Assembly (NCBI GenBank): GCA_965242965.1
Contig: OZ251518.1
Span: 5,120,001 to 5,184,000, forward strand
Reading direction: 5' to 3'
Length of the DNA stretch: 64,000 bases
DNA from: Candidatus Poribacteria bacterium
GTDB lineage: Bacteria; Poribacteria; WGA-4E; WGA-3G
A model generated the notes under the pieces. The model was not told the origin of the DNA and ran no database searches. It saw only the letters and a list, made by a program, of their open reading frames with translations. Made by a program: the position numbers and the translations under genes. Below are positions 41,401-51,426 of the stretch, piece after piece. The number at the start of each line of letters is the position of its first letter. Position 1 is the stretch's first letter.

Positions 41401-42711
41401 ATCCAAACTCCCCAATGTGCTCGCCTTGGATTTGCTGGTATGTGAGACCGGCGACAGACGGGAAATCAGCGTATTCGTAATTAGCACCGGCCCCCCAAAG
41501 GTATGGGACATTGAACGGGTTTACGTGAGCGCCATCCCCATCCAACCACTCGCCCAAGTTATTCAGGGAATCATGGTCCGCTCTCACCTTAAATTGGTAG
41601 ACGATGGTATGGTAACCATCCTTTCCCTTATGCCCCCACTCCTCATGGGTGACGGCGGTGTCAACATCCAGATAGGTTATTTGAAGATCCGCCGGTCGGA
41701 ATGTCTCCCCATCCTGCAGTATCCGTTCCAATGGATAATTGGGGTTCAGGATGCCTATCCCCGGAATGCCCACGGCTGCAACGACCGACCCGCCGGCGAG
41801 TTTATCAAGTCGATCCGTGGGGTAATTGCGCGCCCAGACATCGCCTGGCTCGGGGCCCTTTTGACCGGGCTTGAACCATAAGGGCAAATACGGATCGACC
41901 GAGTTGTCCCAGTCGGCGGTACGGGCATTGGCACTGAACGTCCTATCCGCAGGATTCATGAATTCCTTTGCCGCTTTATAGTAAGTCAGTTTGACGTTGA
42001 TGGCAATGGCGACGGTATCCCCGGGGACTACCGTTGTATGTTCCGAGTCGGTGACAAGTCCACTGTTGCCGGATTTGCTCCTATCTTCCACCAGTTCGCC
42101 CGTATCGGGATGGATATCAACCCAGAAGTAGTCGTCATCCACGGCAGCCAGGGTAGTGTCGCCGTCTAGGATTTCCTCATATTCTTTCCATAAGGACGGG
42201 AACAGCCGCGCGCGCCTTTTTTCAAAACCGGGCGGCGTAATAACATGATTCGTGGTGGTGTTTACTTTTTTATAGTCACTGACTATGGTAAGTTCCGCCA
42301 GCGGCGTGGTTTTCGGATTTTTATAGATGCGTATCCACGCAATATCAAAATGATCTGGATGGATAGCGGTCCTATCGCCACCAAAGAAGTTGTCAGGACT
42401 TAAAGCATGCGTGTGCCCGTGGGCTGAATTCGCATCCAGTGTCATACCTCCCGCTGGCAACGGATGGGCTCCCGGGTCGTGGCTTTCTACTGGGGGTGTG
42501 AGCAGCGTCAGCATTCCGAGGGTGAGCAGCAGGCAGCCTGTCAAAACGTGCCGGATGGCGGAGGTTAACGGATATAGAGGACGGGGGGGGTAAACCGGGC
42601 CAGTGTGTCATCGGCACGCGCAAGCACTCGGCATCGCCGCAATAACGCGGTGACGGTGGGTTTCAAGCGGACAGCAATGCCCGCGAAAATGATAGAGAAC
42701 AGGATTCTCAT
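38432..42711 (-). CDS. Large exported protein with Ig-like and two lamin-tail domains; N-terminus frameshifted at a G8 tract (open ORF 38432..42544)
   Basis: IVFNE...DWLEFRN...V.LKDW.L and TISEIMF...QWIELYN LTD motifs; LPVELSSF...WTTESEVDNAGFN tail; AAGGAG RBS + ATG 42711. Confidence 0.8.
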
Positions 42712-42770
42712 TTGCTTTTTCTCCTTTTAAGTTGACGTAAAAAATGAAATTGGAATTAAACGTTGTATTA

Positions 42771-42799
42771 ATTATACCATTTTTTCGCGTTTTTGTCAA
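42771..42799 (-). promoter_or_regulatory. Consensus sigma70 promoter
   Basis: TTGACA-N17-TATAAT with TG extended -10. Confidence 0.8.
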
Positions 42800-42809
42800 A
42801 TTAAAAATG

Positions 42810-43290
42810 CGAGCAGGATTTACAGGATTATCACGATTAGGAGCAGGATTTACAAGATTATTATGATTAGGCAAGATTATAGACGCTGATGCATCGAATA
42901 CCCCGTGGCAGGCCACAACCGCGCCGATGCACCAGAGCCCTAATCTTGTGAAATCTTGTAAATCTTGTAAATCCTGCTTCAGATGATTGGCATGGCGAGG
43001 GACAGGCCCTCGCCCTACGGTATGCAGCACGTTTTTTTCACCGTAGCGCGGGGGCCTGTCCCCCGCGATCGTTCGACCCGCGCGAAAAACGCACGCCAAC
43101 CAATGCCGTTTTCCCGATCGAGGCATGGCGAGGGACAGGCCCTCGCCCTACGGTATGCAGCACGTTTTTTCACCGTAGCGCGGGGGCCTGTCCCCCGCGA
43201 TCGTTCAATCTACACGAAAACCGCGCGCCAGCCAGGGCCGTTTCCCTCTCGATCGAGGCACGGCGAGGGACAGGCCCTCGCCCTACGGTG
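42810..43290. repeat. 9-mer short tandem repeats plus tandem back-to-back REP doublets
   Basis: CA(G/A)GATT(T)A and AAATCTTGT runs; GGCGAGGGACAGGCCCTCGCCCTAC...GTAGCGCGGGGGCCTGTCCCCCGCG unit at ~133 bp period. Confidence 0.9.
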
Positions 43291-43321
43291 AAAAAGGAAA
43301 CCATCGAGGTCGGAAATTTTG

Positions 43322-43351
43322 TTGACAATATCTTCGCGGATGTGATAAACT
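43322..43351 (+). promoter_or_regulatory. Sigma70-type promoter
   Basis: TTGACA-N18-TAAACT with TG extended -10. Confidence 0.6.
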
Positions 43352-43381
43352 TTTTAAAAATAAAAAAGTAAGGAGTTTCCA

Positions 43382-44269
43382 ATGCTTAATATAAATCCTT
43401 TTCAACAGCCAGGACAGTGGTATCGCGGCAATACGCATACGCATAGCACCGAATCCGATGGGAAGCTGCCCATCGCTGACCGGTTCGCCGCATACCGCGA
43501 GAAAGGCTACGACTTCCTCGTGCTGACAGATCATCGGAAAGTGAACGATGTGCAAGATTACAGCACCTCCGACTTTTTGGCGATATCCGGAAGCGAAGTG
43601 CATCCCCCAAATCCATACGGCGGCGCGACATACCACATCGTCGCAATCAATATTCACGAACCAGTGAATTGCGCGAAGATGCACCCGAACGCCGTGCTTG
43701 ATGACATCAAGGCGCAGGGCGGTGAGGCGGTCCTCTGCCATCCTTATTGGTGTGGGCACACGGTGTCAGACTTCCTGCCGTTGCGCGGCTATTTCGCCGT
43801 CGAGGTTTACAACGATACCTGCATGGGCATCGGCAAGGGGTTCTCGGAGCAGGCATGGGATGACCTGCTGGATCGAGGCGGTCCGGTGTTCGGCATCGCC
43901 GCAGACGACGCGCACGGCGTAACCCACGACTGCTTCCACGGCTGGGTAATGGTGAAATCACCGGATCTCACGCTTGAAGGTATCATGGAGGCACTCCGCA
44001 CCGGCGCGTTTTACTCAACACTCGGGCCCGAAATCTCGGACATCACCGTCAACCCCGCCGATAAAAAAATCACTGTGAAGTGCTCCGCCGCGCAATCTAT
44101 TGTCTTCAAGGCGGAGTGTCATCGAGGACGGCGCGTCCTCGCACCGGAAGGGGCAACGTTGACAGAAGCAACGTATCAAGTCCCCGAAGACGCGAAATAC
44201 GTCCGCGTTGAGGTAACGGATGAAACAGGGAAGAAAGCCTGGTCGAATCCGTTCTTTTTCCATTTGTAG
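43382..44269 (+). CDS. PHP-domain metallohydrolase (CehA/McbA-like)
   Basis: GNTHTHSTESDG, LTDH, CHP, EVYN, DDAH, AWSNP. Confidence 0.88.
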   Translation: MLNINPFQQPGQWYRGNTHTHSTESDGKLPIADRFAAYREKGYDFLVLTDHRKVNDVQDYSTSDFLAISGSEVHPPNPYGGATYHIVAINIHEPVNCAKMHPNAVLDDIKAQGGEAVLCHPYWCGHTVSDFLPLRGYFAVEVYNDTCMGIGKGFSEQAWDDLLDRGGPVFGIAADDAHGVTHDCFHGWVMVKSPDLTLEGIMEALRTGAFYSTLGPEISDITVNPADKKITVKCSAAQSIVFKAECHRGRRVLAPEGATLTEATYQVPEDAKYVRVEVTDETGKKAWSNPFFFHL

Positions 44270-44272
44270 CTT

Positions 44273-45373
44273 GTGAAACCGACGATACGGCCGATACAGA
44301 AAATCCTTGTGTGCCAAACGGGCGGCTGGATAGGCGACATGGTGCTGCTGACCCCGGCGTTGCGCGCTCTGAAAAAGGCATATCCAACGTCGCAACTTAC
44401 CTTCTGGCTGCGGCCCCGCGTCGCTGATGTGATGGAAACGCATCCTTATGTTGACACGTGCCTTGTGGATACGAAAGCCGAAGGTAGACTCCGTTCGCTA
44501 AAGCCTTTCGTCAATCAGATTCGCCAAAGTAATTTTGATCTGGCGGTTGTTTTGCATCCTACCTCATTTCGGAACGCGCTCCTCCCGTTTCTGGCGCGCG
44601 TGCCGATACGTATCGGGAGTAACGTCAGCGGACGCGGGATGTTGCTTACCACAACCTATCGCGAGAGCAGCGATGTGCATGAGGTGTCCGGGAAAGGAGG
44701 CATCGAGACCAGGAGATCTCTCCTACAGCGCAATACGAGCGATGTGCATGAGGTGCAACGCTACCTGCGCGTCCTACAACTACTTGGCGATGACATCACT
44801 ATGCCAGACGACGAACTCGGCTTTTGGCATACTGACGCTGATCGGCGGGCAGTCCAACGACTCTTGCCGCAGCAAACACACGAGCAGTTCATCGGCATCA
44901 ATTTAGGCACGACTTGGGAAACAAAACGGTGGCATGTGGATAACTTCGCCGCGGTCATCCGGCAGATTTCACGGCAGGTTCCGAACGTAAAGATCGTTTT
45001 AACGGGTTCCGCGGCGGAACGTGACATCGCAGCGGCGTTGCACTGTCCTGAAACTACCGTAAATCTCGCCGGGAAAACGACGATTCTTCAACTCGGCGCG
45101 CTCATCGAACGGTTTCGTGTGTATCTAACGTGTGATAGCGGCCCGATGCACATCGCCGCCGCGGTCGGCACGCCGACGGTGTCGCTATTCGGTCCCACGG
45201 CACCAGCGCGCCACGGGCCCTACGGAAATACTGAACATATCGTGCTTGAGAAACCGGTATCGTGTCGGCCCTGCTATAAACGGGTCTGTCACCGAAAAGA
45301 CGCGCCGCACCTCTGCATGACGGAAATCCGCGCCGCGGAAGTCGCGGCCGCTTTAACACAATTTTTAGTTTAG
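44273..45373 (+). CDS. Glycosyltransferase family 9 (WaaF-like) with in-frame REP insertion
   Basis: WIGDMVL.TP, KRW, NLAGKT, DSGPMHIAAA, FGPT. Confidence 0.9.
   Translation: MKPTIRPIQKILVCQTGGWIGDMVLLTPALRALKKAYPTSQLTFWLRPRVADVMETHPYVDTCLVDTKAEGRLRSLKPFVNQIRQSNFDLAVVLHPTSFRNALLPFLARVPIRIGSNVSGRGMLLTTTYRESSDVHEVSGKGGIETRRSLLQRNTSDVHEVQRYLRVLQLLGDDITMPDDELGFWHTDADRRAVQRLLPQQTHEQFIGINLGTTWETKRWHVDNFAAVIRQISRQVPNVKIVLTGSAAERDIAAALHCPETTVNLAGKTTILQLGALIERFRVYLTCDSGPMHIAAAVGTPTVSLFGPTAPARHGPYGNTEHIVLEKPVSCRPCYKRVCHRKDAPHLCMTEIRAAEVAAALTQFLV
44669..44755 (-). repeat. REP inside GT9 flanked by an 18 bp direct duplication
   Basis: AGCGATGTGCATGAGGTG at 44669 and 44738; REP GTAGGAGAGATCTCCTGGTCTCGATGCC on the - strand, 44699-44726. 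Confidence 0.9.
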
Positions 45374-45381
45374 GAGCATGA

Positions 45382-46134
45382 ATGAAAAACATCCGCGCAC
45401 TGCTATTTGACTTCGGTGGAACATTAGATGGAAACGGCATCCACTGGCTTGAACGAACGTATCAATTCATCACCGAACATCACCCCGAAATCACGCGGGA
45501 AGCGTTTGACACGGCGGATAAGGCCGCTGTCGCCGCGTTTGCCCTCGGCGATACTTCTGTCGTCGATCCGCAGTATCAGATCGGTTCTATGGTGCCCGTT
45601 GTCGGTATGGCTTCCGATGGTGCGGCAGCGCGTTGCAGCTTGCGCGATACCAGCGATGCAATCGCGGCTGGCATTTATCAACGCCTCGGCTTACGCGCCG
45701 AATTGAAAGATAGATACGTTGAGTCGTTCTGTCAAGATGTAGCGGCGAGTCTTGAGGAAAATCGCCGATGGTTGGAAACGCTACACGGCACCTATCAACT
45801 GGGTGTCATCAGCAACAACTTCGGCAATACGCGCGGCTGGTGCGACGAATACGGACTCACGCCGCTGCTTGATGTGATTGTGGATTCCACTGCTTTCGGT
45901 GCCGCAAAGCCGGATGCACGCATCTTTCAACACGCGCTATCAGAACTCGGCGTTGCGGCAGCGGAGGCAGTGTATGTCGGCGATAGTTTCGTCCCCGATA
46001 TGAGGGGAGCGAAAGCCGTCGGTATGTGGACAGCATGGCTCATCGGGAACGAAACGAAGACGTGCCCAGACGCGTCCATGGTAGATGTGCAGTTGCGACA
46101 CCTCCATGAATTGGTGGCGTTTCTGGACGCGTAG
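45382..46134 (+). CDS. HAD-superfamily hydrolase
   Basis: FDFGGTL, ISN, KPD..IF, VGDS...D..GA. Confidence 0.9.
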   Translation: MKNIRALLFDFGGTLDGNGIHWLERTYQFITEHHPEITREAFDTADKAAVAAFALGDTSVVDPQYQIGSMVPVVGMASDGAAARCSLRDTSDAIAAGIYQRLGLRAELKDRYVESFCQDVAASLEENRRWLETLHGTYQLGVISNNFGNTRGWCDEYGLTPLLDVIVDSTAFGAAKPDARIFQHALSELGVAAAEAVYVGDSFVPDMRGAKAVGMWTAWLIGNETKTCPDASMVDVQLRHLHELVAFLDA

Positions 46135-46157
46135 GCGCGCTTTGAAAGCGCGCCTAC
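46131..46157. terminator. GTAG palindrome between convergent genes, possible bidirectional terminator
   Basis: GTAGGCGCGCTTT-G-AAAGCGCGCCTAC. Confidence 0.6.
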
Positions 46158-46166
46158 CGGTGGCGG

Positions 46167-46766
46167 TTACATTTCTCGGTGCAAGCCGATGACCTTACCG
46201 AGGATCATCACATCATCGACACCGATGATGTGCGGCTCATGCTTCGGGTCTGGACTTTCCGGCTGCAGGCGCACTATCTCGCCATCGATGGAAAGACGTT
46301 TGACAGTCGCTTCCTCTTCGAGGAGCGCGACGACAATGTCACCGGGGTCCGCGTCCGCCTGTTTTCTGACGATAACGTAATCGCCTTCGAGGATGCCGGC
46401 GTTGTGCATGCTCGAACCGATGATGCGCAGCGCGAAGCATTCGTGGTTATCCACCATGCGCATCGGGACAGGGAGTGAACCCTCAATATTTTCGGAGGCG
46501 AGGAGCGGTGTGCCGGCGGCGACGCGCCCGACTATCGGCACCTCTTTGATCTGCCGGCCCGGAATCGAAATCGCGCGCGGCTTGCCGGGGACCCGATTGA
46601 TATACTTCTTCTTCTCCAGCGCGCTGATGTGGTCATGCGCGGCTTTCTCGGAGAAGCCGAACTTCGCACCAATCTCCCGCACCGTCGGCGGGTAACCATC
46701 TTCATTGATGCATTGGCGAATGTAGGTAAGCACCTGGTCTTGCCGGGTGGTTAAGTATTTAGACAT
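46167..46766 (-). CDS. lexA: LexA repressor
   Basis: LT.RQ..VL, GYPPTVREI, GRVAAG.P cleavage site, G.SM, ATVKR. Confidence 0.96.
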   Translation of the reverse strand: MSKYLTTRQDQVLTYIRQCINEDGYPPTVREIGAKFGFSEKAAHDHISALEKKKYINRVPGKPRAISIPGRQIKEVPIVGRVAAGTPLLASENIEGSLPVPMRMVDNHECFALRIIGSSMHNAGILEGDYVIVRKQADADPGDIVVALLEEEATVKRLSIDGEIVRLQPESPDPKHEPHIIGVDDVMILGKVIGLHREM

Positions 46767-46854
46767 CGTGTAAATCTCCTTCTAGAAATTTCGCTATAAC
46801 TCTCGGAAACGCGTGCTCGCGCCCGCATTTCCGCGCTGTTAATTCTTTTCTATT

Positions 46855-46883
46855 AGTATACTATACGAAAATTTACAAATCAA
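46855..46883 (-). promoter_or_regulatory. lexA promoter candidate
   Basis: TTGATT-N17-TATACT. Confidence 0.55.
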
Positions 46884-46954
46884 GGAAAATCGGTCTTGGC
46901 GAAATTTGCAACCAAATTGCGTTTCTAACGTCTTAATATTCAGGGAAACATATC

Positions 46955-47590
46955 ATGAAGAAAATCGTTCTTATTTGCGGGCTCATCGCTGTCACCGCGC
47001 TCGCCGCCTTTAGTAAAGACAAACCGGCGACGGTGAAACTTGACCCGGCGACTGTGAAACTTGACACTATCGTCAAAAATTTTAGTCTCAAAGATGACAC
47101 CGGCAAAAGCCACGCTTTGCAAAAGTTGAGCGAGAAGAAGACAGCCGTCGTCGTGCTGTTCCTCGCCACGCAGTGCCCGATAGCCACCGATTACGCCGAA
47201 CGCATCGTCGCTTTAGTTGACGCATACGCCGAGAAGGACGTGCAGTTTGTCGGTATCAACTCAAATAGACAGGAAACGGTTGAGGAAATCGCCGAATATA
47301 GCGAAAAACACGGCTTTGAATTTCCGGTGCTGAAAGACCCGGGCAACAAAATCGCTGACTATTTCGCCGCGCGCCGAACGCCGGAGGTGTTTGTATTGGA
47401 CAAGGAACGCATCCTCCGCTACCGCGGCGCGATTGACGATAAACGGACAGAACCGACAAAGCACTATCTCCAAACCGCGTTGGATCTGGTAATCGCGGCA
47501 CAGGAGATTCCAGAAAAATCGAAAAAGACACGGGCTGTTGGATGCACCATTAAACGGGTGCGGAAAACGAGTGTGGATAGAACGCCGTAG
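46955..47590 (+). CDS. Exported thioredoxin-fold protein (AhpC/TSA-like)
   Basis: Signal peptide; F...QCP, GINSN, TPEVFV.D, YRGAIDD, GC.IK; short PATVKLD duplication. Confidence 0.88.
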   Translation: MKKIVLICGLIAVTALAAFSKDKPATVKLDPATVKLDTIVKNFSLKDDTGKSHALQKLSEKKTAVVVLFLATQCPIATDYAERIVALVDAYAEKDVQFVGINSNRQETVEEIAEYSEKHGFEFPVLKDPGNKIADYFAARRTPEVFVLDKERILRYRGAIDDKRTEPTKHYLQTALDLVIAAQEIPEKSKKTRAVGCTIKRVRKTSVDRTP

Positions 47591-47609
47591 TTACACGGAG
47601 GAGCAGAAG

Positions 47610-50084
47610 ATGCGTCGATTTTTAACTGCTATTTTTCAGGGAGTGCTCGCGCTGTTTTTCAGCGTCTGCATCCTCGTGTTCATCGTCATTTTTCTCGCTG
47701 TCGGGGTTGGATGCGGCGTGATGCTGGCATGCTGGGAAGATATCTCCACGCTGGACCTGGCGAAGTTAGAATACAAGGGAGACAAGGAGACATGGCGGCA
47801 ACACCTGGAAGTCTACTCCGCTGTCTGCGAAGTCCAGAAGGCGGATAACGTCGATTTCTTGGTGGATAAGTTGCAACGCTTGGAATACGAGAAGGTCGGC
47901 GAGATAATTCCGAGATTGAGCTCGCCGGGCGAATACGCGACAGCGTTGAACGCTGAAAAGAGCGGCACTGTCCACATCCATCTGCGCGAGTTTGAATACC
48001 CGCGCCTGACACCGGAAACAGGGCACGTTCAAGTCGCAGTGAGGACCGGGAAGATTGTTGGCATCCGTAATGCAGAAGGCTCCCCGCGCCAGCGGTTTTA
48101 TCTTGAACCGGAACTGATAGACGAATTTTCCGATGAAGAAGGCACGACGCGCCGGCTCATTCCGCTCGTAGAGATGCCGGAGAGACTCTATGGTGCCTTC
48201 ATCGCTATTGAAGACAGGCGGTTTTACACGCACTGGGGCATTGACATCATCCGTCTCACTGGGGCTGTAGGGAAAACGGTTTTGAGGGGACAACGCCTCG
48301 GGGCGACAAGCACCTTGACGCAGCAATTGGCGAGGAATGTCTACCTCGGAAGACAGCGCGACCTGCCCCGGAAAGTGCGGGAGATTTTGCTCGCCATCAG
48401 AATCGAGAAATCCTTCTCTAAAGACGAGATTTTGGAACGGTATCTCAACTACGTTGACTTGGGACGGTACGGAAAAACGCTCCACGGCGTTCAGCAAGCC
48501 GCACACGGCTATTTCGGCAAGGAGGTTTCGGAATTGGCGTTCCACGAATGCGCGCTATTGGCGGCACTGCCAAAAGCACCCAGTGGTTACTCGCCCATTT
48601 ACAATCCCGAAAATGCCAAAAGGCGGCGTAATCTAGCATTGAAGTTGATGCTCAACGAAGGCTATATCACCGATACCGAATACCTCGCCAGCATTAACGC
48701 GCCGCTCATTGAACAAAATCCGCTCCGCAGCGGCACGAGAAAGACGCGGAAGGAAGCCGGGCATTTCCTCGCTTATGTCGAAAAAGAGCTGCTCAAACTC
48801 TCTGATTTGGGAGATACCCTCTATAGTGGCGGGCTGAAAGTCTACACCCCGATAGATATGTCCATGCAAGCGGTTGCCGAGAAAGCCGTGGCAGACCATC
48901 TTCGGTATATGGATGGCAAGTGGAGCCGCCTGCCGAATTACGATGTCAATAAGCGAAATCCGCACGGGCTCAACCCGATTAAGGATTATCTGCAAGCGGC
49001 ACTCATCGCTTTTGAACCGCATACGGGGCACGTAAAAGCGATGGTAGGCGGCCGCGATTACAACATCAGAATCCCTGCGAAGACAATCGCGGATTTTAAT
49101 TCCTACAACCGCGCTTTGGGGGATGCGAAGCGGCAGCCCGGTTCCGCTTTTAAACCGATTGTGTTCGCCTCGCTGTTAGAGGGCTCCAACCCAGTCTTAA
49201 CGCCCGGAACGCCGATTATTGATGAACGGTGGGGTATTGTTCCTGCACCGGGCCAATCGGCATGGTATCCTCGCAACTACAGTAAGACGTTTCGGGGCCC
49301 GGTTAACTTGCGCGACGTTCTCACCGCTTCCATTAACGTCCCGACGGCGCGCGCTGTGTTGGAAACTCCGATGGGTGAAAATGGCATTTGGGAGGGAATT
49401 AACCGTCTCGTCTCACTCGCTAAGAAGATGGGAATTAACAGTTTCTTGGATCCGAAACCGGCACTCACGTTAGGTTCATCAGGGATAACGGTGTTGGAGC
49501 TGACCTCGGCGTATGGCATCTTCGCCAACGGTGGTATTAAGACGGAACCTGTTCACATCCAGTATATAGTTGACTCGGATGGGAATGTTATCTATCCGCC
49601 GAAGGGACATCAAGATGAACGCACACGTGTTTTAGACGCAGGCGTTGCGTATCAGATTACCTCCTGTCTGCAGAGTGTGATGACGAATGGCACAGGCAGG
49701 CGCGCGAGGAACATGGGGTTAACTCGGCCATCAGCCGGTAAAACCGGCACGACGAACGACTACGTTGATGCATGGTTCGTCGGTTATACGGCAGACATGG
49801 TTGTCGGAGTCTGGGTTGGATTCGATGAACCGATAAAACCGCATCGGCATAACTACAACCAGCAAGGTGCGTGGGCGGCACTGCCGATTTGGGCGCGCTT
49901 CATGATTGACGCATCCAGAGGCCCCGAAAAGGAATTCCCTGTCCCGGACAACATCGTTTTCCGAGAGGTAGACAAAACCACGGGCGGCTTGCGGCGCGTC
50001 GGCAAGTGCCCAGAGGAAAACGTCAGCAATGAACCGTTTATCAGGGGACAGGAGCCGCAGCATCTCTGTCCGAAACATCGGTAG
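47610..50084 (+). CDS. Class A penicillin-binding protein (transglycosylase + transpeptidase)
   Basis: EDRRF..H.G, STLTQQL, RK..E; S.FK (GSAFKP), SIN, KTGT; GGAGGAG RBS before ATG 47610. Confidence 0.95.
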   Translation: MRRFLTAIFQGVLALFFSVCILVFIVIFLAVGVGCGVMLACWEDISTLDLAKLEYKGDKETWRQHLEVYSAVCEVQKADNVDFLVDKLQRLEYEKVGEIIPRLSSPGEYATALNAEKSGTVHIHLREFEYPRLTPETGHVQVAVRTGKIVGIRNAEGSPRQRFYLEPELIDEFSDEEGTTRRLIPLVEMPERLYGAFIAIEDRRFYTHWGIDIIRLTGAVGKTVLRGQRLGATSTLTQQLARNVYLGRQRDLPRKVREILLAIRIEKSFSKDEILERYLNYVDLGRYGKTLHGVQQAAHGYFGKEVSELAFHECALLAALPKAPSGYSPIYNPENAKRRRNLALKLMLNEGYITDTEYLASINAPLIEQNPLRSGTRKTRKEAGHFLAYVEKELLKLSDLGDTLYSGGLKVYTPIDMSMQAVAEKAVADHLRYMDGKWSRLPNYDVNKRNPHGLNPIKDYLQAALIAFEPHTGHVKAMVGGRDYNIRIPAKTIADFNSYNRALGDAKRQPGSAFKPIVFASLLEGSNPVLTPGTPIIDERWGIVPAPGQSAWYPRNYSKTFRGPVNLRDVLTASINVPTARAVLETPMGENGIWEGINRLVSLAKKMGINSFLDPKPALTLGSSGITVLELTSAYGIFANGGIKTEPVHIQYIVDSDGNVIYPPKGHQDERTRVLDAGVAYQITSCLQSVMTNGTGRRARNMGLTRPSAGKTGTTNDYVDAWFVGYTADMVVGVWVGFDEPIKPHRHNYNQQGAWAALPIWARFMIDASRGPEKEFPVPDNIVFREVDKTTGGLRRVGKCPEENVSNEPFIRGQEPQHLCPKHR

Positions 50085-50123
50085 GCGTGCTTTCGGAGCG
50101 CGCACAGCAATAAAGGAAACCGC

Positions 50124-50573
50124 ATGAGAGCCGTTATTCAACGCGTCACATCTGCCAGCGTCACAGTAGCTGGCGAGCTCGTCTCCGAAATCGGGGAGGG
50201 TTTGCTCATTTTCCTCGGCATCGCCCATGACGATACTGAAGCAGAATTGGACTACATCGCGAACAAAGTTATCAACCTCCGCATTTTTGAGGACAGCGAT
50301 GGCAAGATGAACCGTTCGCTTTTAGAGACAGGCGGTGCCGCCCTTGTCGTGTCGCAATTTACGTTATACGGCGATTGCCGGAAGGGGCGGCGGCCGAGTT
50401 TTATTGATGCCGCGCGTCCGGAGCAGGCGAAGGCACTGTATGAGCAGTTTATCGACGTTCTCGCGTCGCGGAATATCCCGACACAGGGCGGCACCTTTCA
50501 GGCAATGATGGATGTGCGGTTGGTAAATGACGGCCCTGTTACGATTTTGTTGGATAGTCGTAAGCAGTTTTGA
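50124..50573 (+). CDS. dtd: D-aminoacyl-tRNA deacylase
   Basis: [25 protein letters not shown]. Confidence 0.97.
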   Translation: MRAVIQRVTSASVTVAGELVSEIGEGLLIFLGIAHDDTEAELDYIANKVINLRIFEDSDGKMNRSLLETGGAALVVSQFTLYGDCRKGRRPSFIDAARPEQAKALYEQFIDVLASRNIPTQGGTFQAMMDVRLVNDGPVTILLDSRKQF

Positions 50574-50580
50574 AAAATGC

Positions 50581-50609
50581 TTGACATTTGCCAGAAAATA
50601 GGGTAAACT
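50581..50609 (+). promoter_or_regulatory. Sigma70 promoter for a probably leaderless mRNA
   Basis: TTGACA-N17-TAAACT, 5 nt before ATG, no SD. Confidence 0.7.
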
Positions 50610-50614
50610 AACTA

Positions 50615-51415
50615 ATGAAACGCTGGATTGACTCCATAAAACAGGGTGACTGTATTCAGTTGATGTCGGAAATGCCGGCGGAATGCATCGACCTGCTCAT
50701 CACGGATCCGCCGTTCGCCATTGACTTTAAAGCGATTCGGCATAACTACAACCGAAAAGGGGACAGCGTCCTTCAAGGTTACCACGAAATTGAAGGTAAC
50801 GATTACCTCGCGTTTACGCTTGACTGGCTATCACAAGCGACGAGGGTGCTTAAAGATTCCGGCAGCATGTATATCTTCTCTGGCTGGAATTATCTGAAGG
50901 AGCTCTTGATTGCGATTGACGTGTGCGGGCTGACGACGGTCAATCATCTGATATGGAAATATCAGTTCGGTGTGGTAACCCGGCGAAAATACGTCACCTC
51001 GCATTACCACTGTCTTTTTGTCTGTAAGAACGACCGGGAGCGACAGTTTCACCCCTTCGTCCGTTTTGACAAGGATGCCAAAACCGAAACCGGCGGTTCC
51101 GCGCACTACAGAGACAAAGAGGACGTTTGGGAAATCAAGCGAGAATATTGGCCGGGCGCGGTGAAAACGCCCACGAAACTGCCTGCCGAGCTCATTGAGA
51201 AAATTCTCGATTATTCCAGCGAAAAAGGCGATGTGGTTTTGGATCCGTTTTTAGGTTCAGGCCAGGTTGCTGTCGTGAGTAAGATGAAAGAGCGGCATTA
51301 CGTCGGATTTGAGATTGTGCCGGCGTATTACGAATTCGCACGAGATAGGCTAACATCCGGAAAATATCTCATTCAACACACAGAAAAAGCTGCAACGGAA
51401 AAAGCTGTTCAATAA
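50615..51415 (+). CDS. Orphan beta-class N6A/N4C DNA methyltransferase
   Basis: TDPPF precedes LDPFLGSG; PTKLP..L. Confidence 0.9.
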   Translation: MKRWIDSIKQGDCIQLMSEMPAECIDLLITDPPFAIDFKAIRHNYNRKGDSVLQGYHEIEGNDYLAFTLDWLSQATRVLKDSGSMYIFSGWNYLKELLIAIDVCGLTTVNHLIWKYQFGVVTRRKYVTSHYHCLFVCKNDRERQFHPFVRFDKDAKTETGGSAHYRDKEDVWEIKREYWPGAVKTPTKLPAELIEKILDYSSEKGDVVLDPFLGSGQVAVVSKMKERHYVGFEIVPAYYEFARDRLTSGKYLIQHTEKAATEKAVQ

Positions 51416-51426
51416 GGAGAAAAACC

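Noticed and set aside
42608-43291. ORFs 42608..43126, 42983..43291 and similar ORFs at 19528-19824, 26910-27149 and 37484-38448
   Set aside because: Translations of REP mosaics (ARGPVPR, RGTGPRPT, GGQAPALR) with no RBS or domain content.
46770-46880. LexA box shared with the element's TTTACAC motifs
   Set aside because: Only a 6 bp TTTACA/TGTAAA match and no clear dyad; the LexA motif for this lineage is unknown to me.
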